Shown: positions 31,090 to 39,518 of the stretch, piece after piece
Layout of the letters: every line of letters begins with the position of its first letter
Position numbering within the stretch: the first letter of the stretch is position 1
Made by a program: the position numbers and the translations under genes
Notes under the pieces: model-generated
The model's database searches: none
What the model saw: the letters and a program-made list of their open reading frames with translations, nothing else
Told to the model about the DNA's origin: nothing
Origin: an uncultured SAR86 cluster bacterium
GTDB lineage: Bacteria > Pseudomonadota > Gammaproteobacteria > Magnimaribacterales > AG-339-G14
Reading direction: 5' to 3'
NCBI GenBank assembly: GCA_902596665.1
Contig: CACJUN010000001.1
Location: 323,680-387,679, forward strand
DNA length: 64,000 nucleotides

Positions 31090-32541
31090 TTATTTAAGAG
31101 CGTTCTTTTTAGCTGATTCAAACATTTTACCTTTGTAAGGAGGCATCATGTTTTTCAATAAGTCAGAACTAAACTGAGTTAGAACTGATTTTTGATGACT
31201 GAATCTCTTAAAACCTTCATGACCATGATAGGAACCAATACCACTGTCTCCAACTCCACCAAAAGGCATATCTTCCTGACCGTAGTGCCACACAACATCA
31301 TTAATAGTTGCTCCTCCAGATGTGGTTCTATTAAGAATTTTATCTTGGGTATCTTTATTTTTACCAAAATAATATAGAGCTAAAGGCCTAGGTTTTGAAT
31401 TAACGTAGCTTATGGTTTCATCAATATCCTCATATTCCTTAATAGGCATAACAGGCCCAAAGATCTCTTCCTGCATGATTTTCATATCATCAGTAGGATT
31501 TAAGACAAAAGTTGGAGGAATCTTATGTCCTTCTTGTTGCTCAAAATCTTCATTTGCAGGATTAATTGTTTTAATTTCAGCGCCCTTTTCTTTTGCATCT
31601 TCGATAAGACTATTAATCCTCTCAAAATGTCTTTGATTAACAATTGAAGTGTAGTGTTCGTTGTATTTCATATCTGGATACATTTCAGAAACAGCTTTAG
31701 TGCTCTCATCTATAAATTCGTCAACTTTACCTTTAGGCATCATCATGTAATCAGGAGCAATGCAGATTTGACCTGCATTCATGGTTTTACCACGCATCAA
31801 TCTTGTAGCGGATAAAGAAACATCAGCAGTATCATCCATAATTACTGGAGATTTGCCTCCTAGCTCCAGTGTAACTGGAACAAGGTTTCCCGCGGCGGAT
31901 TGCATAACTTTTCTACCGTTGTTAGTTGATCCAGTAAAAAGTAAGTGATCAAAGTCTAAATTTCCAAAAGCCTCTGCCACATCAGGACCGCCTAGAAAAA
32001 CTTCAACTTCTGCTTTGTCGTAAAATTCATTAAACATCTTTTTAGTTAGATCTGATGTTCTCGGAGTTATTTCAGAGGGTTTAATCATTACTCTATTTCC
32101 GGCAGCAAATGCTTGTGCTATCGGGGAAATAATTAAATTTATTGGAAAATTCCATGGTTTAATCATTCCAATGGTTCCAAGTGGTTGATATTGAATTTCC
32201 GTCTTAGCACCCAATAAACGCATCATTAATCTTGCTACAAAGGGCTGACTTGAATTTGATTGTCTGGTTTCAGACTTCATCCACTTCTTAAGATTTTTGA
32301 TTGAATAATCAACACTTCCTAAGCTAGACATAACTTCTGATAAAAAAGTACTGTTTTTATCTCTAGTTCCATAATCTTCACTAATTGTATCTACTATCTC
32401 ATCAGAATATTTTTTTAACATCTGAGAGAGTCTATTTAATCTATCTAAACGTAATTCATAACTTGCAGGTCCTTCATCGATATGAGCCTTTTTTTGCAAA
32501 GCTAAAACTTCCTTCATTTCATCAAAAACAGAATCAGTCAT
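31090..32541 (-). CDS. NAD(P)-dependent aldehyde dehydrogenase (coniferyl-aldehyde-DH-like, ALDH3-type)
   Basis: 483 aa with VTLELGGKSP and catalytic Cys context NAGQICIAPDY. Confidence 0.85.
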   Translation of the reverse strand: MTDSVFDEMKEVLALQKKAHIDEGPASYELRLDRLNRLSQMLKKYSDEIVDTISEDYGTRDKNSTFLSEVMSSLGSVDYSIKNLKKWMKSETRQSNSSQPFVARLMMRLLGAKTEIQYQPLGTIGMIKPWNFPINLIISPIAQAFAAGNRVMIKPSEITPRTSDLTKKMFNEFYDKAEVEVFLGGPDVAEAFGNLDFDHLLFTGSTNNGRKVMQSAAGNLVPVTLELGGKSPVIMDDTADVSLSATRLMRGKTMNAGQICIAPDYMMMPKGKVDEFIDESTKAVSEMYPDMKYNEHYTSIVNQRHFERINSLIEDAKEKGAEIKTINPANEDFEQQEGHKIPPTFVLNPTDDMKIMQEEIFGPVMPIKEYEDIDETISYVNSKPRPLALYYFGKNKDTQDKILNRTTSGGATINDVVWHYGQEDMPFGGVGDSGIGSYHGHEGFKRFSHQKSVLTQFSSDLLKNMMPPYKGKMFESAKKNALK

Positions 32542-32564
32542 ATTTCCTCCTGTACATTACAATT

Positions 32565-33458
32565 CTAAACAGTTCTTTGTTTTTTGTCTTTCTCGTTGGA
32601 GCCTTTTATTGTGCTTTTGATGGCTTCCCAATCTTCATCCTTGAAAGAGCTCATCATCGAAAAAGTACCCCCACCAGTAATATATTGTGCTCCATCAATA
32701 GCAATAGTTTGACCTGTAAGGTATTCACAGCCATCTGCCATTAAGAAAGTTGCTAAATTACCAAGCTCATCCATTTTTCCTACTCTTCCTAACGGAACAT
32801 TACTTCTTTCTGCATCCTCAGAAATATCAGATTTTTTGTCCCCTGTTTGAGGCATCAACCTTGCCCAAGCTCCTTCTGTTGGAAATGGACCTGGAGCAAT
32901 AGAGTTTAATCTTATACCGTGAGGTCCCCACTCAACTGCTAATGACTTTGTCATGGCATTAATACCTGACTTTGACATAGCAGATGGAACAACAAATGGT
33001 GATCCAGTCCAAACCCATGTTGCTAGAATCGAGACAATACTTCCTTTATGACCAAGTTCTAACCATCTTTTACCAACAGCATTAGTAATATAGAAAGTAC
33101 CGTGGAAGACAATTGATGCAATTGCATTAAAACCATTTGGAGATAAATCTTTAGTTCTTGAAATAAAATTTCCAGCGGCATTATTTACTAATCCATCAAG
33201 CGGTCCTTCATTAAAAACATTTTCAATATTTTCTTCAATTGACATTGCGTCTCTAATATCAAGAGGGAAATAATTAACTTTTCCACCATGCTCAGACATA
33301 ATTTCATCAGCAGCATCCTTAAGAACGTTTTCCCTTCTGCCACAAATGTAAACTTCCGCTCCGTGCTTGACGAAGTGCCTAGTCATTTCTTTACCTAGAC
33401 CCGATCCTCCTCCGGTTACTAAGATTCTTTTTCCTTTTAATACATTTTTATCAAACAT
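32565..33458 (-). CDS. short-chain dehydrogenase/reductase, 2,4-dienoyl-CoA-reductase-like
   Basis: TGGGSGLG Rossmann motif and SDR core. I prefer the start at MFDKNVLKGKRILV (33458). The track start (33566) would overlap the upstream MFS gene by 116 nt. Confidence 0.8.
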   Translation of the reverse strand: MFDKNVLKGKRILVTGGGSGLGKEMTRHFVKHGAEVYICGRRENVLKDAADEIMSEHGGKVNYFPLDIRDAMSIEENIENVFNEGPLDGLVNNAAGNFISRTKDLSPNGFNAIASIVFHGTFYITNAVGKRWLELGHKGSIVSILATWVWTGSPFVVPSAMSKSGINAMTKSLAVEWGPHGIRLNSIAPGPFPTEGAWARLMPQTGDKKSDISEDAERSNVPLGRVGKMDELGNLATFLMADGCEYLTGQTIAIDGAQYITGGGTFSMMSSFKDEDWEAIKSTIKGSNEKDKKQRTV

Positions 33459-34680
33459 TAATTTCTCCCGCATGAAGCTTGTTAGTAAACTTTTTAGAAA
33501 AGTTAATAAACATGATAATGAGTACAGAAAGAATGGCAATAAATATAAAAGGATAATTTGGCGCAATCATATACAAAGGCATGGTTATGATAGGTGTCAG
33601 AAGATGACCCAATGGCATTACGCCTCCTAACAACCCGTTTATTAAACCCTGTTCATTTTTATTTACCGATAAAGACAACTGCGCTACATTTCCAGAACGT
33701 GTGAGAGCAGAGCCCACTCCATGTAAAGTTAGATACATAAACAAAACGTAAATACTCGGCGCAAACGCAATTCCTAAAAATGAAACTAACATTATCAGAG
33801 GTCCTGCTCTTAATAATAAATAAGGAGATAGTCTTAACCTATCAACTAAAAATAATTGAGTTAAAAGACCAGATATTGCTATTAATGAAAAACCAAATGC
33901 TACGTAAGGATATATATTCTCAATTTCAGGACTTAAATCTTGAAAATAAAGAGATGCTGTAAGTACCATGGTTGCATTCGACATACCCATAAAAGCGGCA
34001 ACGAACATCGACGGCCAAATTCTTTCATCTAGATAATTTATTTTTTTAACGGTTTTATCGACTTCTGTATCAACATGTGAGTTCTTCATTAATCTAAAAT
34101 TCATGTATCCAGCAATCAAGCCAGCAATACCAATGATTAAGAATGGAAGCGAGAAATCTCCAGCACTAAGCCACAGCACTAATCCAACAAAAATTGGACC
34201 TACAATCACACCAAATTGCCAGCCTGCATCAAAACGGGCAAATCCAGCTGTTCGTAGTTCAGGAGTAGTAATATCTGCAATCCTACCTCCTGCTGCTGGT
34301 CGAACGGCGCTCCCAAAAAGTCCATTTATTAATCTTGTTAATATTAATAAGGGAAGTACAAGATAGAGTGGGATTATTAATTGTCTCGCAGATTCAATTA
34401 ATGTCGTGATCAAGATAAGAGAGATTGCGAATCCAATCATTCCTATTAAAAAAATCCAGTGTCTACCGAATTTATCGCTTAAATCACCCCAAAATGGACT
34501 GGAAATCATCCAAGCAACAGCAGAAATAGAGAAAATTAAACCTACTTGGAACTCATTAAAGCCTAAATTTCTGACTTCCGGAGGAATTAAAATAAACATC
34601 GTTGATTGCCCAGCACCAACAAACGCCAAAGCTATTGCTAACAACCATATTGATCGAGGTGCGCTATTATTCGATTGCAT
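33451..34680 (-). CDS. MFS transporter
   Basis: 409 aa with about 12 TM helices and the MFS loop motif GDLSDKFGRH. Confidence 0.8.
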   Translation of the reverse strand: MQSNNSAPRSIWLLAIALAFVGAGQSTMFILIPPEVRNLGFNEFQVGLIFSISAVAWMISSPFWGDLSDKFGRHWIFLIGMIGFAISLILITTLIESARQLIIPLYLVLPLLILTRLINGLFGSAVRPAAGGRIADITTPELRTAGFARFDAGWQFGVIVGPIFVGLVLWLSAGDFSLPFLIIGIAGLIAGYMNFRLMKNSHVDTEVDKTVKKINYLDERIWPSMFVAAFMGMSNATMVLTASLYFQDLSPEIENIYPYVAFGFSLIAISGLLTQLFLVDRLRLSPYLLLRAGPLIMLVSFLGIAFAPSIYVLFMYLTLHGVGSALTRSGNVAQLSLSVNKNEQGLINGLLGGVMPLGHLLTPIITMPLYMIAPNYPFIFIAILSVLIIMFINFSKKFTNKLHAGEINV

Positions 34681-34687
34681 AGGATTA

Positions 34688-35254
34688 TTAATCTCTTGCT
34701 AAAGAGATAAGGAAGAAAGAATTTTTGCTGTGGGTAAAGCAGATAAATTCATCATAAGAAACTAGTGCATGAGACCACTCATGCTCATATTTAATTGGCT
34801 TGATTTCTTTAAAAGACTCAGAATTTTCTAAAAATACAAATTTATAACAATCAGAATAAATTTTATTTACTCTTTCATTAAATTTTCCTATTGCCTCATT
34901 ATTAATAAGATTCTTGTATTTAGATTTTGCATTAACTACTGAATCAAGCGATTTAAAGAAAGAATTGTTGGGCGGAATTTCAAGATAATTATCTACTTGA
35001 ACATTTTTAGATAGAAAAGGCCCATGATATTTAGGGAGATAATTAAAAAAATTCCCAGTTAATTGAAAATTAAAAAAAGGACTAGCCTTGTATATTTCTA
35101 ATAATTTTTTTGATGAATAAGTTTTATTATTATTTATAGAGAAGAAAGAAATTAAACATTGGAAATTTGTACCCAATCTAAGATAGTCAGTACCATTTAA
35201 AAGTAAATCTTCACTTTTATGTGAAGCAGATTTTTTACTTTTTTCAAATTCCAA
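34688..35254 (-). CDS. hypothetical protein with a C-proximal HExxH (HEWSH)
   Basis: 188 aa with no signal peptide. It overlaps the trpS stop by 11 nt. I recognise no family. Confidence 0.5.
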   Translation of the reverse strand: MEFEKSKKSASHKSEDLLLNGTDYLRLGTNFQCLISFFSINNNKTYSSKKLLEIYKASPFFNFQLTGNFFNYLPKYHGPFLSKNVQVDNYLEIPPNNSFFKSLDSVVNAKSKYKNLINNEAIGKFNERVNKIYSDCYKFVFLENSESFKEIKPIKYEHEWSHALVSYDEFICFTHSKNSFFLISLARD

Positions 35255-36227
35255 TTTTTTCCTTAATTTTCTCTAAATTTTTATTAGCCTCATCTCTGGC
35301 CTTAGTTTCTCCAGCCTCTAATGTATCTTCTATCAATTTAGGATTATTTATTAAATCAAAATATTTATCTCTAAGAGGAGATATTTCTTGATTAATTTTT
35401 GTAAATAATTTTTTCTTGGCATCCCCCCAACCAATTCCCTCTTCAAATTCTTTTGTTATCTCATTTATTTCTTCTTCATCGGAAAAGTGATTAAAGTACT
35501 GAAAAATAATTGAATCTTTTGTTTCTTTCTTTTCGCCAGGTTCTTTCGAATCGGTTTTAATTTTATTGATAGATTTTTGTAAAATTTTTTCAGATGAAAA
35601 TAAATCAATTGAGTTATTGTAACTTTTACTCATCTTTCTACCGTCTGTACCAGTCAATAAATCAAGCGATTCATCAATAATGGGTTCAGGTAATTGAAAA
35701 AAATTTTTATAAGTTTTGTTAAATTTATCTGCGATATCACGAGTAATCTCTAAATGCTGTTTTTGGTCTTTTCCTACAGGAACATACTTAGGATTGAACA
35801 TCAAAATATCTGCTGACATCAACACTGGGTAACTAAATAAACCATGAGATATACCGAAATCCTCATCGTTTTTATTTTCTTTGTTTAGATCAACTGCAGC
35901 TTTGTATGCATGCGCTCTATTAAGGAGTCCTTTAGGAGCCATACAGGATAAGATCCAATTTAATTCAAGTATTTGTGGAACTTTTGATTGTCTGTAAAAA
36001 AGAGAGTTTTTACTATCAAGTCCGCATGCTAACCATGTCGCAGCTATCTTCATGGAAGATTCTTTCACTGCGTCAGGATCGTTAACTTTTATCAAAGAAT
36101 GATAGTCAGCTAGAAAGAGATAGGATTTAAATTTCTTACTAAGTTGTATAGCAGGTTTTATAGCTCCAACGTAATTACCTAAATGAGGCGTTCCAGTAGT
36201 TGTAATACCTGTAAGAGAGGAATCCAT
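35244..36227 (-). CDS. trpS: tryptophan--tRNA ligase
   Basis: 327 aa with the class I motifs TGTPHLGNY (HIGH-type) and KMSKS. Confidence 0.9.
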   Translation of the reverse strand: MDSSLTGITTTGTPHLGNYVGAIKPAIQLSKKFKSYLFLADYHSLIKVNDPDAVKESSMKIAATWLACGLDSKNSLFYRQSKVPQILELNWILSCMAPKGLLNRAHAYKAAVDLNKENKNDEDFGISHGLFSYPVLMSADILMFNPKYVPVGKDQKQHLEITRDIADKFNKTYKNFFQLPEPIIDESLDLLTGTDGRKMSKSYNNSIDLFSSEKILQKSINKIKTDSKEPGEKKETKDSIIFQYFNHFSDEEEINEITKEFEEGIGWGDAKKKLFTKINQEISPLRDKYFDLINNPKLIEDTLEAGETKARDEANKNLEKIKEKIGI

Positions 36228-36238
36228 AGTGTAAGTAT

Positions 36239-36267
36239 AAAAAAAAACACCACAAAAGTGGTGTTTT
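36239..36267 (-). terminator. Rho-independent terminator 11 nt upstream of the trpS ATG
   Basis: The minus strand reads ACACCAC-UUUU-GUGGUGU (7-bp stem, extendable by A-U pairs) followed by a U9 tract. Confidence 0.7.
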
Positions 36268-36270
36268 ATC

Positions 36271-36368
36271 GAAGTTGAAGGGGTTCAGTGGGTTCTACTG
36301 ATGCAGGCGATTGACCCTTCTCCCTGCAGGTGGCTGAGTTTCCTCAGTTCTTCTCACCCTTCTTCTTC
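36271..36368 (-). ncRNA. unclassified G+C-rich structured RNA (four helices); trpS leader or independent sRNA
   Basis: This is the only G+C-rich non-tRNA island in the window. By-eye pairings are listed in the finding for this region. A terminator follows directly. Confidence 0.45.
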
Positions 36369-36430
36369 TCATCTTTTACTTCTGTTTAATCGTCTCGAGT
36401 TAATTAAATTTTGTTAAAAGACTGATATCT

Positions 36431-36458
36431 ATACTAATGATTTTTTTGTTCGATTCAA
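36431..36458 (-). promoter_or_regulatory. candidate sigma70 promoter for the structured RNA
   Basis: The minus strand has TTGAAT (36458-36453), a 16-nt spacer and TAGTAT (36436-36431), preceded by a long A/T-rich tract. It is a sequence-only guess. Confidence 0.3.
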
Positions 36459-36546
36459 TACCCAAAATGCACTTTTTAAGATTAATTAATTATTAAAAAA
36501 ATTTTTTATATTTATTTATAAAATAAAAAAGCAAATTGGTTAATTT

Positions 36547-37077
36547 TTAATCAATTTTAGATAAGATTTCTTCAATTGAGTCATATAAATTGAACATATT
36601 GAATGTTTTTTCATTAAAAAAACCTTCATCTTTTGCATTCTTAAGAAATATTTTTAAAGAATCATAAAAGCCGTTCGTGTTTAGAATAAAAATTGGCTTA
36701 TCTATAATTTGAAGTTGATTCCATGCCATGATTTCGAAGATCTCTTCATATGATCCAACTCCTCCTGGTAACAAAATAAAACAATCAGCAGCGTCTGACA
36801 TAAGTTTTTTTCTTTCATGCATGGTTTGAACAATTTTTAATTCTTGGATACCCTCATGGCCTGCCTCCATATCGAGTAATCTCTCAGTAATAACACCATA
36901 TATGTCACCTCCTGCAGAAAGGCAGCCGTTTGCAAGCTCATTCATTAATCCTAGCCCTCCTCCTCCATAAACAAGCTTATGATTAGCCATAGCAATTTGT
37001 TTACCTAATTCAAAGGCTGTTTCGGCATAGAGAGGATCCTTACCAATTGATGAACCTAGAAAGACGCAAATATTCAT
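36547..37077 (-). CDS. LOG family protein (TIGR00730; cytokinin riboside 5'-monophosphate phosphoribohydrolase-like)
   Basis: 176 aa with GGGGLGLM and PGGVGSYEEIFE motifs. Confidence 0.85.
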   Translation of the reverse strand: MNICVFLGSSIGKDPLYAETAFELGKQIAMANHKLVYGGGGLGLMNELANGCLSAGGDIYGVITERLLDMEAGHEGIQELKIVQTMHERKKLMSDAADCFILLPGGVGSYEEIFEIMAWNQLQIIDKPIFILNTNGFYDSLKIFLKNAKDEGFFNEKTFNMFNLYDSIEEILSKID

Positions 37078-37084
37078 TTTTTTA

Positions 37085-37176
37085 TGGCGGAGGGGGTGGG
37101 ATTCGAACCCACGAGGCCATTTCTGACCTGCTGGTTTTCAAGACCAGTGCATTCAACCAGACTCTGCCACCCCTCC
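37085..37176 (-). tRNA. tRNA-Ser (anticodon UGA), CCA encoded
   Basis: The reverse complement folds as a cloverleaf. Acceptor is GGAGGGG/CCCCUCC. The anticodon arm is CUGGU-CUUGAAA-ACCAG. There is a long variable arm. The T arm is GUGGG-UUCGAAU-CCCAC, with discriminator G and CCA. Confidence 0.9.
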
Positions 37177-37250
37177 TTTTTGGTTTGCTTATTCTATATG
37201 AGTTTCAGATCGATGAAAGATTTTAAAGGAAGCAATTATAATTTTTCCAA

Positions 37251-38483
37251 CTAAGATTGAAATTCTATAGCTGGATTACTGTTTCTTCTGATTTGCAAAA
37301 AGAAAATTGTAAGAATAATCAGATTTATAATTCCAGATATGCCTGCGATAGTGAATGCTAAAGTGTAATCTCCGTAAATATCAAAGAGATAGCCTCCCAG
37401 AAAACCTCCCAGGCCCATTCCTATCCAACCAAAAAATGAAGTGATGCTCATGGCTCTGGCTCCAAACTTTGCTGATACCATCATTCTTGTGCAGACTAAA
37501 ATACTAGACATGACGCCAGAATAGGTAAATCCAAACAAAGCGGCAATTAAATAGATGCCGAAAGGTGAAACTAAATGTGGGAACCAAACCACAAAAATAG
37601 TTTGCCCCAATGACATTAATATATAGCCGGGCAATGCTCCAATATAATCTCCAAGCATACCCCCAAAAATTCTTCCAAAGGCTCCACAAATCATTAAGAG
37701 CATTAACACAAATGTGGAAAATTCTAATGAGAAACCTTTATCGGTTAATAGTGGAACTAGATGCATTATCGGTACTGACATGCACACACAACAAAAAATA
37801 ACTGCAAAACTTATCCATACTACGACTGCTTTTTCAGATAAGGGAAAATCCCTTTCTTCTATTTCTGCATCTTGTCTCGCTCCTTCCCTCCATGGTGATT
37901 CCTGAATTAATAAAGCAATAGGTAAAGATATTGCCAAGTATATTAAAGCTAAATAAATATACGCATCTCTCCACCCTGATGCTTCTATCAATATACCACT
38001 GATGTGAGGAATAAATGCCTGCCCAACAGCGCCGCCAGATGCAGCAATACCTAATGCAAGACCAGGATTCTCTCTGAACCAGAATCCGACATTTGCATAC
38101 AAAGGTGAAAATAACAGAGCTGATCCAAAAGCTCCAAATAAAAAATATAAAAGGTAAAACTTATAAATTGAATCGAGTGAACTTAATGAGAATAGAATAA
38201 AGCCCATGCTTACAGCACCTGCTAGACCAAACCATTTAGTTCCATATTTATCTGCCACGTAACCCCAAAAAACACCGAATGCAGCTGATGAAAAAGATGC
38301 CACTGTGTAAGCAAAAGAGGTTTGTCCTCTAGACCAGTCAAATTCAAGAGACACTGGCTTTAAAAACACGGAAATTGAAGCCATAGATCCAAAAGCAAGC
38401 CCACTCAGAGTAAAAACAACAACGACCATAACCCAACCATAATTAATGCTGTTTTTTTGAAAAATATCTTGTAAGACTCGCAT
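37251..38483 (-). CDS. MFS transporter (oxalate/formate- or monocarboxylate-transporter-like)
   Basis: 410 aa with 12 predicted TM helices. GYVADKYGTKW is in the loop 2-3 position. Confidence 0.8.
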   Translation of the reverse strand: MRVLQDIFQKNSINYGWVMVVVVFTLSGLAFGSMASISVFLKPVSLEFDWSRGQTSFAYTVASFSSAAFGVFWGYVADKYGTKWFGLAGAVSMGFILFSLSSLDSIYKFYLLYFLFGAFGSALLFSPLYANVGFWFRENPGLALGIAASGGAVGQAFIPHISGILIEASGWRDAYIYLALIYLAISLPIALLIQESPWREGARQDAEIEERDFPLSEKAVVVWISFAVIFCCVCMSVPIMHLVPLLTDKGFSLEFSTFVLMLLMICGAFGRIFGGMLGDYIGALPGYILMSLGQTIFVVWFPHLVSPFGIYLIAALFGFTYSGVMSSILVCTRMMVSAKFGARAMSITSFFGWIGMGLGGFLGGYLFDIYGDYTLAFTIAGISGIINLIILTIFFLQIRRNSNPAIEFQS

Positions 38484-38489
38484 AAACTT

Positions 38490-38855
38490 CTACTCTAAAT
38501 CTAATGCATATTTTTTTAAAATCTCAATATCAATTATTGATGTAGATTTTTGATGGCTTTTTCTTAAGTAGACCATAGGTGCCTTTCCATTTTCGTATGC
38601 TTCAAGCCATCTATTTGCACAAACACACCACTTATCGCCTTCTTTTAATCCTGGAAAATCAAATTCTGGTCTAGGTGTGGATAAATCATTTCCCATACTT
38701 TTTGAAAATTCTAAAAAATCATTAGTTATCAACGTGCAAACTGTATGCGTTCCAAAATCTAATTGATCAGTATTACAAAATCCATCTCTGTAAAAACCTG
38801 TTATTGGATTTGTACAACATTCTTCTATATCTTCATTAAATATATTTTTTTGCAT
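38490..38855 (-). CDS. DUF2237 family protein
   Basis: NPITGFYRDGFC..GTHTVC..GDKWCVCANRW is the Cys pattern typical of DUF2237. The start is taken at MQKNIF (38855); the track start is 38873. Confidence 0.7.
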   Translation of the reverse strand: MQKNIFNEDIEECCTNPITGFYRDGFCNTDQLDFGTHTVCTLITNDFLEFSKSMGNDLSTPRPEFDFPGLKEGDKWCVCANRWLEAYENGKAPMVYLRKSHQKSTSIIDIEILKKYALDLE

Positions 38856-38856
38856 A

Positions 38857-39513
38857 TCATCTCCAGGGATCAAAATCTTTGAAATCGAAATAATTGATTC
38901 CAGATTTACTATTTAAAGAGTTGTTAACCACTTGCTTTGCAACTGCTTTGGCTGAGATGCTTCTAAATTTTTTTAAAGATCCATGTAAAAAAGGATCAAA
39001 AAAAATTGAAGCCAAATCGGCTAAAAGAATATCAAATCGATATTTATTCCCTCTTAAATGTCCAGGTTGGAATATATTTGTAGAATCAAATCCAATATTG
39101 ATAATTTCATTCTCTACGCGACCCTTGGTTTTTAAATAATAATTCCAAGAATGAGGATTGGCGCCAACTGCTGAAATAATCGATATATTTTTAGCACCAG
39201 CATCTTTTGCTTTTTTTGCTATTTCAAGTTGATAAGTAAAGTCTACTAAGCATAAATTATTCTTTAGGTTTTCATTCATAACGCCCATTACGTTGTGAAA
39301 ATAAAGTGGATACCCTAAGGAAAGAAATAGATTGTCTATTTTGGGGAAATCTAATTCTGATAGTTTATTGAAATCAACAATTAACTGTTCAGCGTCAACT
39401 GGTAAGTAATCGATATTTCTTCTGCTTATAGCTATGGTCTTACTATTTGTTGAACTTAATTCATTTAGTATTTCGTTTCCTAAAAATCCTGTTGAGCCTG
39501 CTAATAGATTCAT
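38857..39513 (-). CDS. NAD(P)H-binding atypical SDR (HTATIP2/NmrA-like)
   Basis: 218 aa with an N-terminal GSTGFLG Rossmann motif. Confidence 0.6.
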   Translation of the reverse strand: MNLLAGSTGFLGNEILNELSSTNSKTIAISRRNIDYLPVDAEQLIVDFNKLSELDFPKIDNLFLSLGYPLYFHNVMGVMNENLKNNLCLVDFTYQLEIAKKAKDAGAKNISIISAVGANPHSWNYYLKTKGRVENEIINIGFDSTNIFQPGHLRGNKYRFDILLADLASIFFDPFLHGSLKKFRSISAKAVAKQVVNNSLNSKSGINYFDFKDFDPWR

Positions 39514-39518
39514 CTTTT

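Noticed and set aside
36271-36368. Known-family identities tried for the G+C-rich RNA: SRP/4.5S RNA, T-box, trp leader peptide, 6S RNA, hammerhead ribozyme, RsmY/Z-type and degenerate tRNA.
   Set aside because: There is no GGAA-tetraloop/AGCAGC SRP domain IV motif. There is no T-box or specifier with UGG, and no Trp codons in any small ORF. CUGAGGA lies within a simple GNRA hairpin and lacks the GAAA/stem-III hammerhead core. Only two GGA motifs are present. There is no T-loop consensus. The 25-codon Arg-rich ORF (MRRRRVRRTEETQ..) has no SD and looks like a by-product of purine-rich helices.
36228-37250. Possibility that tRNA-Ser marks an integrated island (LOG gene, RNA element).
   Set aside because: No integrase or recombinase is present. 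I could find no direct repeat of the tRNA 3' end; only an 8-nt GTGGGTTC coincidence on the opposite strand at 36288-36295. The flanking genes are ordinary housekeeping genes.
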